Positions 19,654 to 30,188 of a DNA stretch of 58,219 bases are shown here, one piece after another. Source of the stretch: Candidatus Erginobacter occultus (lineage in GTDB: Bacteria > Auribacterota > Erginobacteria > Erginobacterales > Erginobacteraceae); contig JAVCCZ010000190.1 in assembly GCA_030765265.1 (NCBI GenBank), positions 1 through 58,219 of the forward strand, in the 5' to 3' direction. The notes beneath the pieces were generated by a model. It was not told where the DNA came from and made no database searches. It saw nothing but the letters and a program-made list of their open reading frames with translations. Position numbers and translations under genes: made by a program. The number at the start of each line of letters is the position of its first letter. The stretch's first letter is position 1.

Positions 19654-20550
19654 TCAGGCGCCGCCGTCCCGGTCGAGGCGGCAGGTTTCTTCATCTTCAT
19701 CTTCCACCTGGATGGTGGAATGATCAATCCGGAAACGTTCGCGCAGTTCTTTCTCCACCCGGGCCAGGAAGTTCTTTCCCCCCGGTTTATGGATCCGCAG
19801 ATGGACGGTCAAGGCCGTATCGGTCGTGGAGAGCGGCCAGACGTGAAGATCGTGGATCTCCGCAACATTCTCCAGGCCGGTTAAATATTCTCTAATCGCC
19901 GCCGGATCGATCCCTTCCGGGACCGCATCAAGAGCCAGGTTGATGGAAGAGCGGAGGAGGGACCAGGTTCCGATGACAATGACGGCGACGATCAGCAGGC
20001 TGATGATCGGATCGACGATCAGCCAGCCGGTTAAAAGAATGATCACCCCGGCCGCCGCCACTCCCAGGGAAACTCCGGCGTCGGCGGCCATATGAAGGAA
20101 AGCGGCCCGGATGTTCAGGTCTTCTTTCTGTCCGGAAAAGAAGAGCAGGGCGGTAATGGTATTGATGATCGTTCCGATCCCGGCGACGATGATGACGGTT
20201 ATCCCCCTGACCGGTTCGGGATCGGTCAGACGGCCGACCGATTCCCAGGCGATTCCTCCCAGGGCGGCCAAAAGAAAGACCGCGCCGGCCAGGGAGGCCA
20301 GGACGGTGGCCTTCCGGAAACCGTAGGTTCTTCGCTCGGTCGCGCCCCGGGCGGCGAGCAGCGCCGCCCCCCAGGCCAGCAGCAGGCTTACGACGTCGCT
20401 GAAGTTATGACCGGCGTCGGCCAGGAGAGCCAGGGAGTCAGCCGCCAGCCCGTAGATAATTTCCACGACAACGAAAAGCAGATTGAGCCCGACTCCGATC
20501 GCGAAGGCTCGGTTATATTTTAGTGTTCCGTGATCGTGAGCTTCGGACAT
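19654..20550 (-). CDS. czcD: Cation diffusion facilitator (CzcD/ZitB-like)
   Basis: SLALLADAGHNFSD, NIRAAFLHMAAD, IHDLHVW and HSTIQVE. Confidence 0.9.
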   Translation of the reverse strand: MSEAHDHGTLKYNRAFAIGVGLNLLFVVVEIIYGLAADSLALLADAGHNFSDVVSLLLAWGAALLAARGATERRTYGFRKATVLASLAGAVFLLAALGGIAWESVGRLTDPEPVRGITVIIVAGIGTIINTITALLFFSGQKEDLNIRAAFLHMAADAGVSLGVAAAGVIILLTGWLIVDPIISLLIVAVIVIGTWSLLRSSINLALDAVPEGIDPAAIREYLTGLENVAEIHDLHVWPLSTTDTALTVHLRIHKPGGKNFLARVEKELRERFRIDHSTIQVEDEDEETCRLDRDGGA

Positions 20551-20896
20551 TGCTTCACCCCGGCCGCCGCCGGTTTTCCGCTGGCCGTTTTCCGGAGCGT
20601 GTAGTGATCAGCATCAGCTTGAACCGTTTATCAGCCTTGAAAGCGTAAGGTTGAGCGGCGGGATTCATCAGCAACTCGGCCTATTTTTCCGGGCAAATTA
20701 TCAATTATCGTCAACGATTGGTCCCCGGCGCAAGGAGCATATCAATAATCGTAGTATATAATATGAGGAGATATTGTCTTACAAATATCCATTCTCTTCC
20801 GGAACAATCGGGATGCCAAGATAAGTCTGAGAATGTCCATTGTTTCCTCTCCTTGTTATTTATTCCTCGCCGGTAATCCCTGGGGAGTTTGGCTGT

Positions 20897-22027
20897 TCAC
20901 TGCCGGTAGCTGATCCGATAGACCGCGCCGGCGCGGTCGTCGGAGACCAAAAGGGAACCGTCGGCTATTACCATAACGTCCACCGGCCGGCCCCAGGCAT
21001 CCCCGTCCCGGAGCCATCCCTCGGCAAAGACCTCATAAGAAACGGCTTGCTTGCCCTTCAGGCGGACGAGCGTGATCCGGTAACCGATCGGCTCCGTCCG
21101 GTTCCAGGAGCCGTGTTCGGCGATGAAGACCTGGTTGCGGTATTCTTCCGGGAACATCGTCCCGTCATAAAAAGGCATCCCCAGGGCGGCGACGTGGGGA
21201 CCGAGTTCGCGGGCGGGAGGGACGTATTTTCCGCAGCTGTCTTCCTTGCCGTGGAGGGGATCGGGGATATCGTTTCCGTGACAGTAAGGAAAACCGAAGT
21301 GGAGTCCTTTTTGCGGCGCCCGGTTGAGTTCATCGGGCGGTCGGGTATCCCCCATCCAGTCGCGGCCGTTCTCGGTAAACCATAAGACTTTGGTCTCCGG
21401 ATGCCAATCGAAGCCGACGGTATTGCGGATCCCCCGGGCGAAGATCTCCAGATCCGAGCCGTCCGGCTTCATCCGCATAATCGAGGCGAAACGGGCGTCG
21501 GAAGAATCGCAGACATTGCAGGGCGCCCCTACCGGAACGTAGAGGAGCCCGTCGGGTCCGAAACGGATGAACTTCCAGCCGTGGCGGCCGTCGTCGGGAA
21601 AACTGTCGTTGACGATTTCCGCTTCGGGGGGATTGTCGAGCCGGCTTTCGATCCCCGGGAATCTCAAGACCCGGCTGATCTCGGCCACGTAGAGGTCGCC
21701 GTCTCGAAAAGCCACCCCGTTGGGGGAGTTGAGCCCTTCGGCGATCAGATAGGTCCGGTCGGACCGGCCGTCGCCGTCCTTGTCGACCAGGGCGTAAACG
21801 TTACCCTGATCGCGGGTGCCCACAAAAACGGTCCCCTTCTCCCCCTGATTGAGGGAGCGGGCCCCGGGAAGATCGCCGGCGAAGAGTTCGATCGTAAAAC
21901 CTTCGGGAAGATCGATCGTCTCCAGGCGGATCCCCTCCAGGTTTCCCGCCGCCCCGCAGGAGAAGGAGATGAGAGCCGGCAGAAGTGAAAGAATTATAAA
22001 ATAACCTTTGTCCCGGTAATTTCTCAT
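20897..22027 (-). CDS. PQQ-dependent sugar/sorbosone dehydrogenase-family beta-propeller, probably exported
   Basis: FGPDGLLYVPVGAPCNVC, GIRNTVGFDW, AEHGSWNR, GRPVDV and DGSLLVSDD. Start chosen at the ATG after GAGG. Confidence 0.88.
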   Translation of the reverse strand: MRNYRDKGYFIILSLLPALISFSCGAAGNLEGIRLETIDLPEGFTIELFAGDLPGARSLNQGEKGTVFVGTRDQGNVYALVDKDGDGRSDRTYLIAEGLNSPNGVAFRDGDLYVAEISRVLRFPGIESRLDNPPEAEIVNDSFPDDGRHGWKFIRFGPDGLLYVPVGAPCNVCDSSDARFASIMRMKPDGSDLEIFARGIRNTVGFDWHPETKVLWFTENGRDWMGDTRPPDELNRAPQKGLHFGFPYCHGNDIPDPLHGKEDSCGKYVPPARELGPHVAALGMPFYDGTMFPEEYRNQVFIAEHGSWNRTEPIGYRITLVRLKGKQAVSYEVFAEGWLRDGDAWGRPVDVMVIADGSLLVSDDRAGAVYRISYRQ

Positions 22028-22055
22028 TTTTCCTCGATAGCGTTTCATAGCGATT

Positions 22056-24092
22056 TTACGAAGCGGAATTTTCAACTTTCAAGAGTTTGGCGTTGACGGC
22101 CACGATCACCGTGGAGAGCGACATCAGCACCGCCCCCATTGCCGGGGAGATCAGGATCCCGGCCCAGTACAGCGCCCCGGCGGCCAGGGGGATGGCGACA
22201 ACGTTATAGCCGGTCGCCCACCAGAGGTTCTGGATCATCTTCCGGTAGGTGGCCCGGCCGAATAAGATCAGGTTGGTCACGTCCCTCGGGTCGGAGTTGA
22301 CCAGGATGATGTCGGCGGTCTCGGCGGCGACGTCGGTCCCGGAACCGATCGCGATCCCCACGTCGGCCTGGGCGAGAGCGGGGGCGTCATTGACCCCGTC
22401 GCCGGTCATCGCCACGAACTCGCCTTCTTGCTGGAGTTCCTTGACCTTCTCCTGCTTCTGGTCGGGAAGGACAGCAGCGAAGTAACCGTCCAGATCCAGC
22501 TCTTCGGAGACCTTCCGGGCGACTTTTTCGTTGTCACCGGTGATCATCCAGCATTTGATCCCGGCTTCCTTGAGCCGGGCGACGGCTTCGGCGGACTGGG
22601 GCCGGATCCGGTCGGAGAGAGCGATCGACCCCACCGGCTCTTTTCCTTTGAGGATATAAACCACGGTAGCAATCCCTTCTCCCTTGGAAGCGCCCGGGAT
22701 TTCGATCCTTTCCGCTTTCAGATAGCCGGGACTGACTATTTTAAATTCCTCGCCGTCGATCTTTCCTTCCACCCCCTTTCCCTTGATCGCCCGGAAATCG
22801 GAGACATCCGGCAGTTCAATCTCCATCTCTTTCGCCCGGGCGGTGATCCCGGCTCCGATCGGATGCTCGCTGTTCTTCTCCAGCCCGGCCGCGGTCCGGA
22901 TCAGTTTCTTTTCATCCCATCCCTCGGCCAGCGGGCGGATCGAGCTGACTCCGAATTTTCCCTCGGTCAGGGTTCCGGTCTTGTCGAAGAGAACGGTGGA
23001 GATTTTGCGGGAACTTTCAAAGGCGTTCCGATCGCGGATCAGGAGCCCGTTTTTGGCGGCGAGAGCCGTGGAGACCGCCACCACCAGCGGAATGGCCAGC
23101 CCGAGGGCGTGGGGGCAGGTGATCACCATCACCGTGGCCATCCGCTCCATCGCGAAGGAAAAAACGCTGCCTGAGATCAGCCAGACAACCAGGGTAATGG
23201 CTCCAGCCGAGAGGGCAATTATCGTCAGCCATAAAGCGGCCCGGTCGGCCAGGGTCTGGCTTTTCGACTTCGACCCCTGGGCCTCCTTGACCAGATTTAT
23301 CACCTTGGAAAGATAAGAATCTTCCCCCGTTCCCTTCACTTCTATCTCCAGGGACCCGTCACCGTTGATCGTTCCCCCGATCACCTCCGCGTCCTTTCCT
23401 TTTTTCACCGGCTGCGATTCTCCGGTGACCATCGCCTCGTTGAGGTAACTTGTTCCTTTCCGGATCACCCCGTCGGCGGGGATCTTCTCCCCCGGCTTGA
23501 CCAGGAGGAGATCGCCTTTGGCCACGTCTTCCAGCTTGACCTCGACCGTCTCCCCGTCCTCGATCTTATGGGCTTCGTCCGGCATCAACCGGGCCAGCTC
23601 CTCCAGGGCGTTGGAAGCGCTTAAGACCGATTTCATCTCGATCCAGTGGCCGAGCAGCATAATGTCGATCAGGGTGGCCAGCTCCCAGAAGAAGAACTTC
23701 CCCGTCAACCCGAAGACCACCGCCGAGGAATAGAAGTAGGCCACCGAGACCGCCAGGCCGATCAGGGTCATCATCCCCGGAGATTTCTTCTTCAGCTCCG
23801 AGAAGAGACCCGATAAGAACGGCCAACCGCCGTAAAAGTAAATGAAGGTGGAAAGAGCGAAGAGGAGATACTTCTCCCCGGGAAAATCCAGTTCCAGTCC
23901 GATAAATCCCTGGATCAGGGGAGAAAGGAGAAGAATGGGGACGGTCACCCCCAGGGAGACGAAGAACCGCTGGCGGAAATCCCGGATCATCATCCGGTGG
24001 TGGGCGGAGTGGTCGTGGCCGTCGTGCTCCTGATGGACTTCGTGTCCCGGGTGGGCTTCGGGTTCTTGATGATTCTTATGCTGGTTTTTCAT
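22056..24092 (-). CDS. copB: Copper-translocating P1B-type ATPase (CopB-like, CPH motif)
   Basis: His-rich N-terminus, TGES, CPHALGL, DKTGTLT, SEHP, GDGVNDAP, YN and MSLS. Confidence 0.93.
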   Translation of the reverse strand: MKNQHKNHQEPEAHPGHEVHQEHDGHDHSAHHRMMIRDFRQRFFVSLGVTVPILLLSPLIQGFIGLELDFPGEKYLLFALSTFIYFYGGWPFLSGLFSELKKKSPGMMTLIGLAVSVAYFYSSAVVFGLTGKFFFWELATLIDIMLLGHWIEMKSVLSASNALEELARLMPDEAHKIEDGETVEVKLEDVAKGDLLLVKPGEKIPADGVIRKGTSYLNEAMVTGESQPVKKGKDAEVIGGTINGDGSLEIEVKGTGEDSYLSKVINLVKEAQGSKSKSQTLADRAALWLTIIALSAGAITLVVWLISGSVFSFAMERMATVMVITCPHALGLAIPLVVAVSTALAAKNGLLIRDRNAFESSRKISTVLFDKTGTLTEGKFGVSSIRPLAEGWDEKKLIRTAAGLEKNSEHPIGAGITARAKEMEIELPDVSDFRAIKGKGVEGKIDGEEFKIVSPGYLKAERIEIPGASKGEGIATVVYILKGKEPVGSIALSDRIRPQSAEAVARLKEAGIKCWMITGDNEKVARKVSEELDLDGYFAAVLPDQKQEKVKELQQEGEFVAMTGDGVNDAPALAQADVGIAIGSGTDVAAETADIILVNSDPRDVTNLILFGRATYRKMIQNLWWATGYNVVAIPLAAGALYWAGILISPAMGAVLMSLSTVIVAVNAKLLKVENSAS

Positions 24093-24128
24093 ATGTTCTC
24101 CTCCAATCTTCCAGTACTCGGAATAATC

Positions 24129-26438
24129 TCAGAACTCCAATTTCCCCCCGCCGCCCCAGCCGTATTCGGAGTGCCACTGGCCGGCGAGAGAGAAGTTTTT
24201 ATTGATCCGGTATAAGAGTCCGGCTTTTCCCTCCCATTTTTCCCGGGTATCGTATTCCGTTTCCCCGAATAACTCCCACCGGGGCGTCAGCGCCAGTTCC
24301 TTCTCCAGCTTGAATCGCCCCGCGCCCTTGGTATCGATCCAGACCCGGGACTCGATATTCAAAGGGAGCAGATAGTAAAAGCCGAGAATTCCGGCTTCTT
24401 TCTCGAAATCCTCCTTCTCCCCTTCGAAATCACCGCCCGCGAAAACCGTGAAAAAGCGATTCAGATACCGTTCATAGGTGACGGTCCCTTCCCATTTTGA
24501 GCCTTCGACGTTCTCCCAGCCGACCTCCCAGCTCGCCCGGAAAATATTTCGGGTATCCTGGGCGGTCAGATAGCCTTCGGTCATATTGCTGAGGACGGCG
24601 GCCTCGAGCCAGAAGAACCAATCTTCCCGGTAGAGCTTCTCCCGCACTTGCCGGACGTCCGGGCCCGGCAGAAAATCTTCGTAATGAACCACCCGGGCCA
24701 TCCCGCTTTTCATATGATAGAGCAGGTGACAGTGGAAAAACCAGTCGCCGGTCTCGCTGCCGTTGAATTCGATCACCGTGGTGGACATCGGGGGGACATC
24801 GACCGTATGTTTGAGGGGCGCGTACTCCTCCTGTCCGTTGAGGACGCGGAAGAACTGACCGTGCAGGTGCATAGGATGATGCATCATGGTTCGGTTGATC
24901 AGGACAAAGCGGGTGATCTCGCCGCCCTTCACCGTAATCATATCTCCCGCGGAGAGCGGCTTATTATTGATAAACCAGACGTATCGCTCCATATCCCCGT
25001 CCAGGGTGAGCCTGACCTCCCGGACCGGCAGATCCTCGGAAAAGGCGGTTTTTTTCACCGACTTCAGTTTTTCATACGGCGGCCAGGGGCGCTCTTCGCT
25101 TCCGTCCCGGACCAGATCTTTTCGAGAAGAAATATCGGGGGACATCGGAATGAAATCGCCTCCGAATCTTTTTCCTCCCCGGAAGGGGACGGTCGATCCT
25201 TCGGAATATTCCTTTTCTCCGGAGTCGGGCATTACCGAGGCCGGGTGATGTTTATGGTCCATCCCGCCCATACCGCCCATCATCCCCGGAGCATCAAATC
25301 GGCCGGCTGAAACTTTCCCGTCTCCCATCCCCATCGCCCCGGCCGGCGTCAGGGCGAATATCTTTTTTAGGGAAAGCCCGCCCATGGACTGATACATATT
25401 GGGAGGAGGGACGGATACGGCGGCGTGCTTTTTGCCGGTCCCCAGCCAGACGGAAGCGAAACCGGAGGCGTCGTGGGCGGTGGCCCGCAGTTCATAACTT
25501 CCTTGATCGGGAACAGTCACTAAAATGTCATAGGTCTCGGCCACGCCGATCAGGAAGCGGTCCAGCTCGACCGGTTCAACCCTCATCCCGTCGGAGCCGA
25601 TAACGGTCATCGGCCCGCCGGCGTAATTGAGATGGAAAAATGTGCTGGCCGAGCCGTCGATCAGGCGGAGACGGACGGTTTCCCCCGGCTCGGCGTCGAG
25701 AAAGATTTCCGGGCGCCCATCGGCGAGAAACCGGTCATAGGCGACATCGGCGATATCCATCACCGGCATCCGCTGCAGTTCCCGGCTGAAGTAATCTCCC
25801 GCCATTCCCGCCCGGACGGCCCCGATCAAACTCTGGGCGGAACCTTTCTGGATGGCGGACCAGTGGCTGCCCCTCCGCAGCGTCCGCAGAACCCCGTGAG
25901 GGTTGTCATCGGTCCAGTCGGAAAGAACAACCGTATACTCCCGGTCCGCGGCAACCTGATCTTCTTCTCCTTCGATAACGATAGCTCCGTAAACGCCGCG
26001 CTGCTCCTGGAGACGGGTATGGGAGTGATACCAGTACGTCCCGCTCTGGCGGAGCGGAAACTCGTAGGTGAAGGTGGAATGAGGCTTGATGGGCGGGAAA
26101 CTGACATAAGGCACCCCGTCCATATCCGGCGGAACCAGCAGGCCGTGCCAATGGATGGAGGTGTCCACATCCATAGTGTTGTGGACCCGGATCCGGGCCC
26201 GGTCGCCTTCCTGAAAACGAAGGGTGGGACCGGGGATCCGGCCGTTGACGGTCATCGCCTCGGTTTTTTTCCCGGTGATATCGACCTCCTCCCGGGCGAT
26301 GGTCAAATCGTATTCAACTGTTTCGGCCGCTGCGGGAGAAGCCGCCATAATCAGGATAAAGCCGAAGATAACCCGGATGAGCCCGGATGGTCCGGTCCGA
26401 ATCAATCCGGTGATTTTCAGATTCCTTGTGATTGTTAT
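24129..26438 (-). CDS. Multicopper oxidase (CopA/PcoA-like) fused to a C-terminal CopB/PcoB-like beta-barrel domain; start uncertain (ATA 26438 or TTG 26405)
   Basis: HWHG, WYHSH, HPMHLHG and HCHLLYHM copper motifs, a Met-rich insert, and a ~160-aa aromatic beta-strand tail ending in Phe. The ORF-track extension to 26849 overlaps the next gene and is not credible. Confidence 0.88.
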   Translation of the reverse strand: MTITRNLKITGLIRTGPSGLIRVIFGFILIMAASPAAAETVEYDLTIAREEVDITGKKTEAMTVNGRIPGPTLRFQEGDRARIRVHNTMDVDTSIHWHGLLVPPDMDGVPYVSFPPIKPHSTFTYEFPLRQSGTYWYHSHTRLQEQRGVYGAIVIEGEEDQVAADREYTVVLSDWTDDNPHGVLRTLRRGSHWSAIQKGSAQSLIGAVRAGMAGDYFSRELQRMPVMDIADVAYDRFLADGRPEIFLDAEPGETVRLRLIDGSASTFFHLNYAGGPMTVIGSDGMRVEPVELDRFLIGVAETYDILVTVPDQGSYELRATAHDASGFASVWLGTGKKHAAVSVPPPNMYQSMGGLSLKKIFALTPAGAMGMGDGKVSAGRFDAPGMMGGMGGMDHKHHPASVMPDSGEKEYSEGSTVPFRGGKRFGGDFIPMSPDISSRKDLVRDGSEERPWPPYEKLKSVKKTAFSEDLPVREVRLTLDGDMERYVWFINNKPLSAGDMITVKGGEITRFVLINRTMMHHPMHLHGQFFRVLNGQEEYAPLKHTVDVPPMSTTVIEFNGSETGDWFFHCHLLYHMKSGMARVVHYEDFLPGPDVRQVREKLYREDWFFWLEAAVLSNMTEGYLTAQDTRNIFRASWEVGWENVEGSKWEGTVTYERYLNRFFTVFAGGDFEGEKEDFEKEAGILGFYYLLPLNIESRVWIDTKGAGRFKLEKELALTPRWELFGETEYDTREKWEGKAGLLYRINKNFSLAGQWHSEYGWGGGGKLEF

Positions 26439-26548
26439 TTCTTCCCTCCCCTGTTGGTAAGGAACTTGTTCCGAAACCCGGCGCCCCCTCACCCCTTTGA
26501 AAAGGGCAGAGGATTGGGGTGAGGGGGCGCCCGTTCCCGGCGCGGGAT

Positions 26549-27145
26549 TCAGGGTTTTGCCGATTTCCCCATCCCGCAGTTGGGTTTTTCCGTCGTCATT
26601 TGGCCTCTCCGGCGCATCGGACATTGCTTCATCAACCGGTCCGATTGGTCTTGCATCTTCCGGCATTGTTCCGCCATTTCCGAGTTGTTTTGGGCCAGCG
26701 CGCACTGTTCCATCATTCCGGACATATCCTTCATCATCCCGCACATCTCGTTCATCATCCCCGGTCCGGGCATCATCATTCCCGGCTTTTCCATCATCCC
26801 CCGGCACATCGCCGTGATCTCGTCGGACTTTTCGGCGAGCTTTCGGCATTTTTCCCTCAGGACGGGATCATTTTCGGCCGGGCCGCACACCTCCATCATC
26901 CCGGACATCTTCTTCATCAACCCGGCCATCTCCATCATCATTTTCGGGCAGTGAGACGGCATATCCGACTCTTCCATCATCGTCTCGCCCTCACCCATCT
27001 TTTCCCTTTGCATCCCGCCCATCATTCCCCGTCCACCGCCCATCATTGCTCCTCCCTCCTCCTCTCCGAAAAGAAGAGAAGCGGGGGCGATCAAGACGAG
27101 GGCGGTCAGGACCGTCAGTACGGATCCAAACAGCTTCATCATCAA
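26549..27145 (-). CDS. Exported Met/Cys-rich helical-repeat protein, putative copper binder
   Basis: GGAGG RBS and signal peptide; about 40 Met and 9 Cys in 198 aa by hand count; first gene of the copper cluster. Confidence 0.8.
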   Translation of the reverse strand: MMMKLFGSVLTVLTALVLIAPASLLFGEEEGGAMMGGGRGMMGGMQREKMGEGETMMEESDMPSHCPKMMMEMAGLMKKMSGMMEVCGPAENDPVLREKCRKLAEKSDEITAMCRGMMEKPGMMMPGPGMMNEMCGMMKDMSGMMEQCALAQNNSEMAEQCRKMQDQSDRLMKQCPMRRRGQMTTEKPNCGMGKSAKP

Positions 27146-27394
27146 CCTCCCGGTTGTTTCTGGCCCGAATCTTTTAAAAATCGGGCTGGTTAGCGTTCCC
27201 CCTCCAGGTTTTCCACCACCTCTTGGTACTTGTCGTGGACCATCTTCCGGTTAAACCTCCCCGCCCTTCCGGACCGGGCCGCCGAGGTTGCAAGAGAGAT
27301 GGGCCAATAAAACCCGGGGCTCCTCCGTCTGAAGCCGGACAGGTCCCTGGGCTATAATGTGGGACGCCTTTGGCGTCCTTACTTTCCCCCCGAA

Positions 27395-28261
27395 TCAGAT
27401 GCCGAAACTTTCCCAGAGCTTGACCAGCCGCTCCCGGTCGAATTTTCTCCGGTAGAGCGGTTCGGCCCCCCCCGGCAGATGTTCGCCCAGGGCTGCTTCG
27501 AAAGGCTCTCTCTCCGGTCCGCGGTAAAAGACCCCCAGGGGGTATTTTTCGGTTTCCAGCGCCCGGGCAAAGGCCGCCGCGCGGTCGGTGGGGTCGTGAT
27601 CGTCCTTGAGGTAGTAGGTGTTTTCCTGGAACCAGTCGTAGGTGTTGAGCTGATTGAAGGTGACGCAGGGCTGGAAGATATCGACCAGGGCGAAGCCGCG
27701 GTGCCCGATGGCCTGTTTCAGGGTCTCTTGGGTTTGTTCGGTGTTCTTGACGTAGGCCCGGGCCACGAAGGAAGCGTTGAGGGCGATCGCCACCGCCAGG
27801 GGGTTGAAGGGCTCCGAGATCACCCCGTTCACCTGGACCGGGGTCCGAAAACCGGTCAGGCTGGTCGGGGAGGCCTGGCCCTTGGTCAGGCCGTAGATCA
27901 TATTGTTATGGACCAGGCAGGTGATGTCGGGGTCTCGGCGGATGCTGTGAATGAAGTGGTTCCCTCCCTCCCCGTACATACAGCCGTCGCCGCTCTCGGC
28001 GATCACGGTCAGCTCCGGGTTGGCCGCCTTGATCGCGGAAGCCGCCGGAAGGGAGCGGCCGTGGAGGCCGTTGAAAAAATTACATTTCAGGTACTGGGGG
28101 ATCTTGGCCGCCTGGCCGATCCCCGAGACCATCACCAGTTTTTCCGGGGCGATCTCCAGCTCGGCCAGGGAATTTTTCAAGACGTTGAGGATCCCGAAAT
28201 TTCCGCAGCCGGGGCACCAGGCGATCGCGGCGTCTTTTAAATCGAAGGGGGTCTCACTCAT
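27395..28261 (-). CDS. 2-oxoacid:ferredoxin oxidoreductase beta subunit
   Basis: [37 protein letters not shown] and QPCVTF. Confidence 0.94.
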   Translation of the reverse strand: MSETPFDLKDAAIAWCPGCGNFGILNVLKNSLAELEIAPEKLVMVSGIGQAAKIPQYLKCNFFNGLHGRSLPAASAIKAANPELTVIAESGDGCMYGEGGNHFIHSIRRDPDITCLVHNNMIYGLTKGQASPTSLTGFRTPVQVNGVISEPFNPLAVAIALNASFVARAYVKNTEQTQETLKQAIGHRGFALVDIFQPCVTFNQLNTYDWFQENTYYLKDDHDPTDRAAAFARALETEKYPLGVFYRGPEREPFEAALGEHLPGGAEPLYRRKFDRERLVKLWESFGI

Positions 28262-29963
28262 TGTCGGCCTCCTGGTCCAGGGCTTGGCTGATCTCTTCCC
28301 GGCTGAAGGGAAGTCCGTTGTATTTTCTCAACCCGCCCCCGGTCTCCACACCGAAAGTCATCTTCAGCAGGCGGGCGAACTGGCCGGAGGGGTTGTTCTC
28401 GATGACTATGGTCTTCTCCGCCCGCCGGAGATAGTCCGCGGTCTTCGGGTGGAGGGGATAGACCTGGCGGAAGTGGAGGCCGCCGATCCCTTTCTCCCCC
28501 GCTTTCTCCAGGCTCTCCCGGATGGCGGGATAAGTGGAGCCCCAGCCCACCACCAGGGTCCGGTAGTTTTCGTCGCCGAAGAATTCCGGCTCCAGCGCCT
28601 CCCGGGTCAGGCCGGTGAGCTTTTTTGCCCGCTTGTCGACCATCTCCACCCGGACCCCGAAGTCCTCGGTGATCCGGCCGTGCCGGTCGTGCTCGTCGCT
28701 GTCGGCCAGGACCAGGCCCTTGCCGTGGCCGGGGATGCCCCGGGGGGAGACACCGTCCTCTCCCGGGTCGTAACGGCGGTAATCTTTCTCGGTCTCGATT
28801 ATCCGGTTTTCGATCTTCTCTTCGGGAATTTCGGGGAGAGGGAAGTTGTAGGCGGAGTCGAGGAGGTACTGGTCGGTGAGGACGATCACCGGGACCTGCC
28901 ATCGGTCGGCGAGGAGAAAGGCCCGGCGGGTGAGGTCAAAACATTCCTCGATCGTCCCCGGGGACAGGATCGCCCGGGGGAACTCGCCGTGGCCGGCGAA
29001 GAGGGTGAAGAGGAGATCGCCCTGCTCGGTCCGGGTGGGGAGCCCGGTGGCCGGGCCGGGGCGCTGGGCGAGATGGATGACCAGCGGCGATTCGATCATC
29101 CCGGCCAGGCTCAGCCCCTCGTTCATCAGGGCGAAGCCCCCGCCCGAGGTGGTGACCAGCCCCCGGCCGCCGGCGTACCAGGCGCCCAGGGCCATATTGA
29201 CGGCGGAGATCTCATCCTCGGCCTGGATCACCTCGATGCCGAACTCTTCGGATTTCCCGGCGAGGAAGACCCCGACCCCGGTGGCCGGGGACATCGGGTA
29301 AAAGGAGAGGAAATTGCAGCCCCCGGCGATCGCACCCAGGGCCACTCCCTGGGTGCCGTTTAAAAAGACCTCGCCTGCCTTCTTCTTCGAGCTTTTCAGG
29401 GGGAAGGAAAGCTCTTTCTCCCCGGCGATCTCCCGGCCCCTTTTTTGCCCGCGGCGGAAGGCCCGGAGGTTCTTCTCCCGGATCTCTTCGTCGCGACGGG
29501 AAAAATAGCTCTCGACGACCTTTTCCGCCGCCTCCCCGTCCAATCCCAGGACCCCGGAGATCGCCCCCACCGAGACGGTGTTGGCGTAAACCGCCCCGCC
29601 CAGTTCCTTGGCGATCTCCTTCCCGGCCACGGAGGCGAAGTTCCTCCCTTTCTTTTCCCCGTCGCTGACCGTTCCCTCGTCGCCGAGGATCAGGGTTTCG
29701 GCTCCCACCCGGTCGCCGAGGTGGGCCACCCCGCCGATATGGAGCGAGACCAGGATATCCACCCGGCGGCTGTAACATTGCACCGGGGAGGAGGAAACTC
29801 GGATCGCGGTCGAGTTCATCCCGCCCCGGATCCGGGACATAAACTCCCGGGTGGTGAAGATATTGAACCCGGCGGTGGAAAATATTTTCGCCAGCAGACC
29901 TTCCAGGGTCTTGATCCCCTGGCCGGCCTGGCCGCAGATCACTATCGAGACGTCTTCGCGCAT
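28254..29963 (-). CDS. 2-oxoacid:ferredoxin oxidoreductase alpha subunit (gamma-alpha fusion)
   Basis: [41 protein letters not shown] and DSDEH. Confidence 0.94.
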   Translation of the reverse strand: MREDVSIVICGQAGQGIKTLEGLLAKIFSTAGFNIFTTREFMSRIRGGMNSTAIRVSSSPVQCYSRRVDILVSLHIGGVAHLGDRVGAETLILGDEGTVSDGEKKGRNFASVAGKEIAKELGGAVYANTVSVGAISGVLGLDGEAAEKVVESYFSRRDEEIREKNLRAFRRGQKRGREIAGEKELSFPLKSSKKKAGEVFLNGTQGVALGAIAGGCNFLSFYPMSPATGVGVFLAGKSEEFGIEVIQAEDEISAVNMALGAWYAGGRGLVTTSGGGFALMNEGLSLAGMIESPLVIHLAQRPGPATGLPTRTEQGDLLFTLFAGHGEFPRAILSPGTIEECFDLTRRAFLLADRWQVPVIVLTDQYLLDSAYNFPLPEIPEEKIENRIIETEKDYRRYDPGEDGVSPRGIPGHGKGLVLADSDEHDRHGRITEDFGVRVEMVDKRAKKLTGLTREALEPEFFGDENYRTLVVGWGSTYPAIRESLEKAGEKGIGGLHFRQVYPLHPKTADYLRRAEKTIVIENNPSGQFARLLKMTFGVETGGGLRKYNGLPFSREEISQALDQEADNE

Positions 29964-30188
29964 AATTGTTCCTCCGGTTAGGAAAACTTGTCGGTCGAAA
30001 CACCTCCCATTAAAGGGGAGGGGGAGGAAAAACCCAATTGGTTCCCTCCCCTTTCTATTGACTTTTTTCTACTTGCTATGACTTTCCCGGTTGAGATAAG
30101 CTTGGAATCAGGTCATTGTCGCATTTTTTCACCGTAAAGTCGCCCGCCGAATTTCGGGCCGGGCGTTTTTCAACCGGGAGCGATCGAG

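Noticed and set aside
19293-19727. Minus-strand 144-aa ORF whose middle (WLRLTTGEEG..GFDPEAFL..NPNFKFVIRH) looks protein-like
   Set aside because: It overlaps genes at both ends and has no credible start or recognised family; at most a remnant.
20755-20790. ArsR/SmtB-type operator upstream of czcD
   Set aside because: ATATGA is present but the inverted half-site is too poor to call.
27190-27243. 17-aa minus-strand ORF MVHDKYQEVVENLEGER upstream of the copper cluster as a leader peptide
   Set aside because: SD spacing is poor and it lacks Cys/Met-rich sensing content; unsupported.
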